Source: the human T2T-CHM13v2.0 reference genome, Homo sapiens. From it: DNA of 64,000 nucleotides. Numbering within the stretch: the stretch's first letter is position 1; every line of letters begins with the position of its first letter. Under the pieces are notes generated by a model. It saw only the letters and a list, made by a program, of their open reading frames with translations, searched no databases and was not told the origin of the DNA. This document shows positions 52,746 to 64,000 of the stretch, piece by piece. A program made the translations under genes and the position numbers. Location of the stretch: assembly GCF_009914755.1 (NCBI RefSeq), contig NC_060938.1. One strand, written 5' to 3'.

Positions 52746-54125
52746 TCTTCACTCTGAAGGCAAAATACACAGCAAGTAAACTCCATTTTTGTTAATATAT
52801 TTTACCTTAATATAGATACATCTCAAGGCAAATGCCTTCCCAGAAATAAAATGGAAAAGACATTATTATGGTAGAGTATTTTAACAGAATACAAAAAATA
52901 ATATTCTTCATTTTTTTTATTTTCAATAAAGGCAAGATAGCACACCTCTTCTTCACTCATAAAATAAATAAGAGGAAAAATAAGATCTGTAGCTCCTATC
53001 TTGTTTATCCTAATCAGGATTAGCTTTATCCTAATCAACAATCTTATATTCAACCTTAATGATATTTCATTAGCTTCTCAGAACCACCTTTCCTGTCTAG
53101 GTCTAATTATATCTAATGTAATGTATCTCAACTCACTATATTAAATCATTTTTAAAAAGCATTTTAAAAACATTTTAAAATCACTCCAGAGCTTTGATTT
53201 AGGCCCTAGAGAGGAATGAGTTCTGTTATTTCTTTTTGGGGTCCATGATCTGCCAATTTTCTTCTCAACGTGTCTTTTATTCTCATATTTTAAGGAAATG
53301 AAAGTAAACAATTTTCTTTTGTAACAATTGATAAATGTCTATGTAAATAAAATGCAAATGTAAACACCTGTTGTAATCAATTCTTAAAATAAGCCAGTTA
53401 TTCAACATGCCTCACATTGTAAATAGAGACCAACTTGCTCTTGCCTGTGCTCACATTAGCCCTTACAGATAACCCTCGATTGACTGAGAATCTTAGGTAC
53501 CTCCAGTAGTATATTCTGATATCCTTTTATACTCCAAAGAGATCAAGGTTCTAAATCTTATGAATGCTAAGCTTCAAAGAATGTGATTCAGAAATGACAC
53601 AGAAATACTACTGAGAATCTGTGTAATAGTAGCATAGGACTCTGTTACAGAAATATGCAAACAAAAATGTACAAACAAAGAAATATACAAACAAAAGTCT
53701 GAAGATGTAAAATACATAAGTGAGGAATCATTAGCTGCTGCCATTTCCCTTTGATGACCTTTTGGTGATGTGTTTTCATAAACTACTGCAATTGGATGTA
53801 CCACCTAGAGAATCCTCAGATTTCTTTCAAGGCACATCATGGATACCATATTTAATGAGACTGCAGGAGAAATAGATTACTGCTCTTCTACTCTCTGGAA
53901 GGTCGTTGTGAATTTTTTTTTCACTGAAAATGTTTTGGGACTGATAAAAACATGCCCATTCTCCATCTATGATGGTAATGAGTAATCAGGTGTGCATTTG
54001 ATTAAATCTGGTATGCTTAGTGTTCAGAGGGTAGAACTGAAAGCAAAAGAAGAATGCAAATTATATAAATGGAAGAAGTGGAATATACAATAATATACAA
54101 TACAAGAAAGGAAATCAGAAAACTA

Positions 54126-54323
<198 letters not shown>

Positions 54324-56004
54324 TTAAGTAAAGCTGAAGGACTTATGTTAACTAAGTCTATTGGACTTAAGATTTGGGCTTGTTTCTAAGAGCAATGAAC
54401 AGAAACAATGGCTTCCAGAGGACAATCCTTGAAGACTGGTGATGGAGACTGGTTGAATTTCATGTGGTCCCTAAATTTTACCCTGAGAGAAATAACAAGA
54501 GCTACAATTGGAACTTAAGGAAAGGCCAGTTTATTTGAGGAAACTAAAAATGGTGTAATTTTTAGGTATTTCCTTGATAAAATTGTGAAGAATGGGTACA
54601 AAAATTCCATCTAAGGAAAATGGGGGAGGGGAACACGTTTTTAGGGGATTGCATTTTAATGTGGAAAGAGAAAAAAATGAATATTCTTATGCTAGAAGTT
54701 GTTTTTGAAAATGTTCTCAGTGACTAGAGATTTGGAAATGGCAACTCGGCAAATACATGAAGATATCTTAAAGGAAAAAGACTGTTAACATTATTTTTCC
54801 AAAAGTATAACATCATTTACTTGGAGGAATAGAAATGATTAATATAGTCTTCTTGTTCAGGGAAGCTATTCCACAAGATAAAAGGCTAGTAATCTAATAA
54901 CTAGCATATCAGTATTATTTTATTTGCTTTTTCCTGTTTGCAAAATAACTTCAGTGCTATCTTGTTATTGTTGTTATACTTGGCTAGTTATACATCTATG
55001 ATAAGAGAACATAATTAATGTGAAAAATTATACCAAAATGGTTGTGTTTATTTTGTGTCACTTTAGCAATGCCCCTTCAGGAGTGCTCTTCCTATTTTCC
55101 ACTTGCATTCAATAATAGGCTTGCAGCCAGTGGCATTGTATTTACACAGTTTTTGTCAAAACAATTTTATCGCTAATAGATTTTGATCTACGTTGGCTGA
55201 AAACTTCTGTTTCTGTTTAAAACTTTAATGTAATTTCATGCGTCTCTATTTCAGGCAATATAAAAACTTTTGAACTTACATATACTTGGCAGCTGTATAG
55301 TTTTTTCTTTCACTAAGTTGATTTATTTTTTACATAGAGGGAAAATGTCCTTAAAATTAGGCATCTCATTTTTAAATGGGCTCAGAGGAGAGCAACAAAT
55401 TTGAGCATAGTCTGTTTCGTTCATTCACCGCAGAAAGGAGCATTTAAAAAATACTCCACATGCTGTGACCTTCAGGTGATTAGAATTGGTTACAAATATA
55501 AATGAATTCCCCATAAACATTAAATGATCCCTCAAGAAACCTTATTTGAGAATATGTAGAGATATATTTTCATTTCGATGCACAAGGATTTACATGTGTG
55601 ATTCCCTATTAACATTACTCAGGTAAATCCCATTAAAAAATGGATATGCCTTTGTGTGTATAAATTTATACATGAAGCACAGTTAAAGTATATCAGTATT
55701 AATACTGTACCATGGGAATACCATATGACAAGGAAATTGGCAATACAATTAGAGTTTCACATAGTATTAGAATGTTTTCATTACAATAAAAAAAGTTTTC
55801 ATGACAGCATAAAAGAATAAATCGAGACTTACTAGGACAACTAGAGCAAATCTGTACATTTCAATATAACTCTTATGAAACAAATGTAATAAGTAAGATT
55901 AATGCTCTGAATCTCTTAAAAGGGACTCTATTAATCATTGTGTTGTCCTAATGGATGACTGAAATCTTCTAGCCCTGAAAGTAGAAAGCAGGAATCAATG
56001 GTAA

Positions 56005-56406
<402 letters not shown>

Positions 56407-58239
56407 CATACATTCTTTATCACCTGCTTTTCTCCTTTTCCCTTTTCCTTTTCTCCCTCCTGATTTATGAGCATGTTTTCTTTGTTGTTGTTTTTAAATA
56501 TTTGAGCTATTTAACAAGAGTTACAGGTTTTCCTTATGCCAACTGTATGTCATCAGGAAGACATAAAGACAGAGACGTGTCCTTTATGAAAATGGACATG
56601 TGAACTGTACTGACCTTGATACTTAGTCTTGATTCTCTGCTCAGACTAAGCCATCTGAGATAGAAATTAAAAATGCATAGTTCTTCATCTTCTGTTAGGA
56701 TTCAATCTGTAGGCTTAAATAAACTCATAATGCTGACTGCAGTTATTTGCCTTTTCCCCCTATTTCTTGTAGATATATTCACCTGACACACTGAAATATT
56801 AATGAGTCTTGTGATGCTCATGTGTGTACATTTAGAGAGCACATAATTTTGACTTATGAAAGTTACTCAGTTGCAGACCCTTGAGGATGAGACGTTTGCT
56901 GGAGTAGACCATTTCTAACAGATCATTTGATGTTAAATGGTCTGATTTTGTTTGGTGATCTACTATTTGCCACAGAATGATACAAAGGCACTGTAAGTGC
57001 AATGTCCACACAGAGCTTAGTCCAAATGGAGTTGGAGTTATTCTTCAGGAATTTGAAGGGGTGTTAGGAATAAGAAATTGCTACTCCAAATGCTGTCAGA
57101 TAATATCCAGAGAAGTGACATTTTCTGTGAAGGTCATTGCTCTCTCTCTCTACCAAGTGTATCTAGGCTAGCATCAGAGAGGAAAGCTGTCAGTAATTTC
57201 TAACCTAGCTAGGTTGTATCTGGCAATGCTGGAGCAAAGAATTAACATGGTGCTGGTTTCTTGAGACATCCATTTGATCTCTGTAAATAGTGCCCAGGGG
57301 AGTTTGTTTCTAGGATGTTCCTGAGAGTTCTGCTGACCTAGGAAGTAAAAAAGGTTTTAAGTACTCAAAATCTTTTTTCCTAGTTTGCTATAAAGTTGCA
57401 CAAAGTCTGTATAACAAGGCCGTGGATGGCTTTATTTCTCTATTGCATTTTGGGGACCAACATTTTTTTTAATCCCTTAGCCTCTGTTTCTCTCTGCCTC
57501 TGTTTCCTTTTCTCTATTCTCTCTCCTCACCAACCATCACAAACTGAAATGTCTGCATTTCTCTAAATATATAATTTATTTTTGTCCTTCTCAATTAATG
57601 TCCCTGATTGCATTCACAAAGAGCTCAATAGTTCTCCATATGATTACCCAATAAAATTCCCTTCAGTCTTTGTCAGGATAGACCTCTGCTTTTCTAAAAA
57701 GCCAGCATGATATTTCTGGTCTTTGACAGACTAACGGGTATATATACCATAATCAATGGATCATTCAAACACTGAAGTTACAAGCCAGTCCTCTCTCATT
57801 TATGGATTTATTTCTGTGACCAGCCTAAATCTTCTATCATCTTTGCTATAAAACATGCATTAGTACACAGCTAAAGGTGGTGCTATTATCTAACTAAAGA
57901 AAAAGAATGTTTATTTTTTATAGGGACCTGATCTTAAAAGGTTAGATTCTATTTAAATTTTGACTCTGTATATAGGAAAATTAGGTTATTAAATAAAAAC
58001 CCAATAATTTTTTGTATATATAGTATTAGGCAAAGCTATTTCGTCCTAGAAGGAATACACTTAAAAGAGCAACGTAGCACCGAGGACATTTTCAACCTCG
58101 AATATTTTATGTGAATCCCATTAAGCTATCAGTAATGTTTGTTGCATTTATTTTCCCATCATTGCTGATTGTCAATATATTTGTGGGTAAACAGACAATC
58201 TATTTCATAACTGGGCTCCTCTTGTCATTTATGTTTCTA

Positions 58240-58381
58240 TTTTTTAAATTTATTTATTAATTTTTTACAGACGGAGTCTCACTTGTTGCCCTAGCTGGAC
58301 TTGAACTCCTGGGCTCACGTGATCCTCCTTCCTCAGCCTGCTGAGTAGCTGGGACTACAGGCTTGTGCCACCACACCCACC
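58240..58381 (-). mobile_element. FLAM_A-like monomer
   Basis: The reverse complement reads GCCTGTAGTCCCAGCTACTCAGCAGGCTGAGG...GAGCCCAGGAGTTCAAGTCCAGCTAGGGCAAC, a monomer lacking the right-arm insertion. Confidence 0.75.
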
Positions 58382-61300
58382 TACATTGTATATTTCTTGA
58401 TGGCACTGCCTAGAATGAGTGACAGGGGAACTTACTCCTGTATTGATGAGCTCACATGCCTCAAACCAGGGCTGTGTTGAATTCAAGTAAGTCTGGCAAG
58501 AGGAGCAGGTGGGTGATAAAGGAGGCAGACACTGTTTATACACAATTCTTGGGAACCTGGCAGGAGGATCAGAGCCTGGCAGGGAAAAGGAGTCTTTGAG
58601 AAAAATATCACACAAGGCTGAATAGCACTTTTTAATGGAAAATTCTTGTTTTGACTCTAATTTTATGCTTAGATGCTTTTAATTTGATCCACATTTAATT
58701 TGCCATTCCTCGGAGAAAGCATTGATTATATGAAAAACTATCTGCTCTATTGCTAATGAAACAAGATTGGTTTCAAGGGCTACCATGATGGCATTATATT
58801 TTAATGGTGCCCACCTGGAAACATGGAAGCATGCACCACTGGAATCATCTTATCATCTGCAGGCCAACTCTTCTGGTTGTGATTGCTTGATAGATTTGTT
58901 AAAGTCATAGTTTTGAAGAAAAGTGAGTCAATATTGAGTATTGAAAAAGTGGGTAAAAAGCTAAGTTTGGACATTGGAGCTATAAGACATTATAAAGGAC
59001 CATTTAAAAAACTAAAGGTCAGTTGTGTATCTGAGAACACCTATAATAATATATAATACATAATAAGATATAATAGATCTATAATAGTACATAACAGATA
59101 TATAGATTCTCACAAACCCAATCATTTTGACACTGTGATGAAAAAAATAATGGTATTCAACACTAATATGACAAGTTTCAGAGAGACATAAATAGAGATT
59201 CTGAGTTTAGGCTAAGCAACTGTGTAGTAACAATTATTTTCGTTAGAAATCTGAAGCTGCACGCAAGATCTACCATAAGCGTTATATCAGAAAATTCAAA
59301 TCTTTTATGTTTTAAAAATTAGGCTGCCATTATTCCTGAAATTCTAATGGCTGAACTAGCAACAGTAAAGATGTCCAGATTTCAATGAAATATATTTCAT
59401 AAATTAGCTTATCATTGCACTGATTTAGCATGCCTAGCAGGTGAGAGACAAAAACATGTGTTATCTTCCCTAGGGAACCTTCAATGAATGTCATTCGGGC
59501 TTCATATGTCTTTCTTTTCTCCCCTTCTTGAACTGATATAAAATTCTAATGTGTGCCCTCTAGTTCCATCTTCATTGAAATCTAGCAAAACTGCTGAAGG
59601 TAAGGTAGTGGCAATGGTGCATGAAAAAAGGGAAAAGGAGTACAGTGATTCATGGCATACTTGAGGAAAGTTGCAATTGTTAACAGCTCTACTTTTGTAT
59701 ATAGACAAGTTAAAATATGTCATATATCACTGGTAAAAATAAAGTTACTAATCTTGCTAGTTTCTTAAAGTTCATAGGAAAGGCACTACAACTATTTTGA
59801 TATCTTGAAAGTATTTCCATATGCATTTGAGGGCATACCATGTCACTGTATCCCAAAACAATAGTCAAGAAAGTAAATTTATGGTAGAACCATTAGTAAT
59901 CTTGACAAGTGCATGCTGTTTAAATACCAGGAATAGTAGGTATTATGAAAAACCGTGCTTCATATATTATTATAAAAATGAAATGTGACAATTTCCAAGT
60001 ATATATTAGCTCAGGCCAACATCCCTTATCTCTGAGTCTTTGTTCTTCTGTGCAAATTTGAACCTCTGATGCAATTGTAATTTCAGAAATGGTATTCATT
60101 GGTCTTCAGATCTGCAGATGCCAGTGCTTTCAGAGCTGGAAGATTGTTCTCCTTAGGCATTGTTTCCATTTGGTAGATGAGAAAACTGAGGTACATGACC
60201 ATTTCTGTTTCCTTTAACTGGTAAGAAAAATAAGAGCTGAGAATCCCTCTCACTTTCACTTTTTGCAGTCTTCTTTTTGCCAATGGATACATCCTACCCT
60301 TTTCCCTTATCTTCTAATAGGAAGACTGAGCGGAATTTAAGTGGCATCTTCAGCTTTTAAGTGCAGCTGTCTAGCAAAAGCTTTGGCCAAAGTTTTCTTC
60401 TGATAATGAATAAGACAGGATAAAGGGGCATCAATGATTTCTAAGTCTTTAAAAAAAATCCACAATGTTGAAATCAGACTGCTAAAATCTAGGCAACAGA
60501 TATTGGCACCACATGAGTGCTAAGTTACTATTCTTTGGAGCAATTGAAACACAGGACTTCATGCCTGTGGGACATTAGGCCAACATAATTCTAGTCTGCC
60601 CAACTCTATGAAATATGCCTTGTTATTCAGAGCACAAACATAATCAGTAGCCCTCCTGAAGTTAATCAAACAATTCAAAGTATCATATGATCAGCATGAC
60701 TGTACGGGCTTTTCTCCATCACAAGAGTATTCCCTAAAAAGGTATACCATTAAGCAATATAAAAAATGCAAATTGTGCAAAAGGAAGTGTACCAAAATAG
60801 GGCTTTATCAAGAGTCTTTAGATCAGTATAATTCCCTTAATTGTCTTTTCATTTAAAGTAATGCAAAAGGAGGCTGTTAGTTCGCCTCAGTATCATAAGC
60901 ATGAGAATTGTATGTGTTCCCATTTCTGTGACTTCAGCAATTTCCAGCTATGCATTAAGTCCCACACTTAGCTGGAGGAGAATTTAGAAGGAATTGTTTC
61001 AAAAACAGACGTTTTAGAAAAATGTTTATTTGAGCTGGATTTGCTTAAAAATTACAATAAAAATATCTCATTCTTGAGTAATATTCTGTTTCTATTGGTT
61101 GTCTCTCAGGTTGTGGCTTTCTTGTGAATTATGATTTGCCTATATAGAAATTAGTATTTTAGCACTATGTTGTTAATAATAGCGGTGATCATTTTCAGAA
61201 TTGCCTTTTTGGTGAGCACATAGGAGGGTATTCCTCTTGGTAAGCACCTTAAGCAAGAAGGATTGGGTCTTCCTTTCTTGTTTATTACACTTCTCACTCT

Positions 61301-63131
61301 GTCATTATCAGCTCTGATGTTTAGTGAAAATGGTTTCCAATTGCCTAGATGTGCTTTGACAGAACTGACAGTAGAAACTGTATCTTAGCTTACTTGAATC
61401 AGTGCTGTAGAAAAGCACCCAGGCATGCTGAAGACAGCTTTTATGAGGTACATTTTGTCAGTGTAAACATTATGAAATCCAACACATTTGGAAAAGCATA
61501 CTCTGTGTTTGTTAGGATGAATGAATCACTAATAGATTAAAGAGCACAGCCAAATAAACTTAGACTAGTCATAAGCATATGTGGCCTAATATTCAAATGT
61601 AGGAAATCCAATTAAGCTCTAGCTCTCCTTAGTTTTTCATTCATGAGGCGGTACCTCTACTGAAAAAGCAAATAACTAAAAAGTTTCTTTTACCAAAAAA
61701 AAGACATTGCATTTTTAAAATATAAGTTTGAAGTTAGTCTTCCACAGATAGCCAATTTAATTATGCTAAAAATGACATTTTTAATTAAACACCAAGGTAA
61801 GCATAAATGGATTTCAAAATAATTAATCAAACATCAAAAAATTGAAACCTTTTTCTGCTTGAGCAGCAGAAATGAAAGAACCAGTCTTCGGGTCTCATAG
61901 AGATTCAATCTAATTTAATTCTCTGTCTTCTCTAAATAAACATTCCTAAAACCTTTTTTTCATCTGGGGGAATAAGGATGAGAGGGGTAATCAATATTTC
62001 TAGCATTTTAATTAAAACCGTTAGTGGAATAAATCCATTTAATTATCAGTTAATGAAATACAAGGTCATTTACCTGACAGGAACTTTGAGGGTGGATTAC
62101 TAGCTGGAATAAAGCAGAAGAACCCAATGTCACAGCCATTTAACTTCTGTCAAATTTAAGGTTAAAATCCTTTTAGACTGTTTAACCTATTCTCTACCAT
62201 TTTCCTATTATGTATGCCGATTGGCAGGAGAAATGCATGTTAAAACTTATTTTACATTTAATTATGCTACAAAGTTTTCATTAAATTTCTAGAAATTTCT
62301 TTATATTTCTAAGGCATAAAGTGAAAAGTTACAATAAACTCCAATGTAATTTTGTTGTTATTTTGTGTTTATTATTTATAAAGTTAAACTGACATCTTTT
62401 TCCTTACTGCAAATCTTATGAATTGTTTCTTTTTTTGTAAATATGAATTAATAAAATATAAGTTTTAGTCTGTAAATTTAGGATGCAAACATGGAACAAA
62501 TGTGCAATAATAAATCACTTTACATAATTTATGGTTAATTTTATATATAGCCCCTTTTTTGAAGTAACCTCCATTTCATCAGAATAATATAAAAAAGTAA
62601 GAGCTGGTTGATCACTAAGCTAGATTTGCAATTGGTTTGGTAAATGGTTTTAAGTCAGTTTAACAAATGACGAGAAGGCACAAGATTGTGTTGTAGAGGA
62701 AAGTTCCTTTTCTTTGATGGTGACACTGGATTTCTCTAGGCAGCACACACTGCTCATATTTTATATAGATCACTTTTAGAAACAGAGGCTGAAAAGGGCT
62801 CTTGTTCTTCCTTTCCCCAATAAAGATGTTGAATTAATTATCTAGGGTTTGGATTTTTATTTTAATTTTGTATATTTGAGTTTGTCTCACAGCTATAAAT
62901 TTCAGAGATAAAAAAGATAACTTGTTTTGGGTTCTAGTTCTTCCTTTCTAAAATGAAACTCCCTAAACACTAAAGTAGTGGTTCATGCAAATGAGGATAT
63001 CCAGTTTTAACCTGTGCTGCTTCCCCCTAATTCACCTTAGCTGTGTACCATGCAAGAAGCCCAACATAACGCATAGCGGTTTGTCTTTCAGACATACCAG
63101 TGCGGCATTCTGACTTCTAGATGCTAAATAC

Positions 63132-63563
<432 letters not shown>

Positions 63564-64000
63564 TCACCCTGTTTTGCGTTTACCTAGACTATGCATAGAT
63601 TTTTAATACTTTGAGAAAGTAACAAAACCTGTTTAAAAGACTTGTTTAGGCTGGGTAGTTCTGATAACTCTATTTACTCTATTTTATATTTTTATAAATG
63701 TAGATTTTTATAAATGTCCTTGTGACTCACCAAAGAGGATTGTAAAGTTTGCTTCTTTTAAGCCGTAAGGTAAGACATATGAAGGAAAAAAGTATCCATG
63801 ATACCCAATTATTCCATCTTTGATTGAAATACAGAGAGACAACTAGAGATTGTGTTGCAAGAACCAGAGGGCTTTGGGACTTGTGTAGGTTATTTGGTGC
63901 TCCTCATACTGACTGGTCATAGGAATCTGTGCAGGCCTCTTTGCCTTTTAACATATATTTTAATGGCTCCCACCTTGGGTACCCACTGACACAATTATAA

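Overview
AT-rich, CpG-poor primate (almost certainly human) genomic DNA lying entirely inside the large gene AKAP6 (mAKAP, a nuclear-envelope PKA scaffold), transcribed on the + strand. Only two coding exons are present: 12213-12309 (97 nt, SFKLNVDSHCALKEAVEEEGHQLLELIASHKA-G) and 13432-13595 (164 nt, G-LKDMLRMIASQWKELQRQIKRQHSWILRALDTIKAEILATDVSVEDEEGTGSPK). They encode part of the spectrin-repeat region and are separated by a 1122-nt intron. The upstream intron is at least 12 kb and the downstream intron at least 50 kb. The rest is intronic: 12 Alu/FLAM/FRAM copies, a 3.6-kb antisense L1PB plus shorter L1 pieces, MIR, L2, MLT1 LTRs, MER5-like fragments and two (CA)n microsatellites. Almost all six-frame ORFs are spurious or decayed L1 ORF2/Alu. 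There is no prokaryotic-type system here. The best leads are all inferences that need testing: (1) the two exons total 261 nt, start and end in phase 0 and are bracketed by inverted AluJ-type arms, so a back-spliced circle would carry a stop-free ORF; (2) a compact GATA-MCAT-CArG muscle-enhancer signature about 440 nt downstream of the second exon; (3) an intronic poly(A) architecture that would give a truncated protein with a hydrophobic tail; (4) a recursive-splice/21-nt microexon candidate deep in the long intron; (5) a consensus DR3 nuclear-receptor element near paired GAS sites; (6) several templated-duplication and palindrome scars. Repeat subfamily calls and old-repeat boundaries were made by eye and are approximate.
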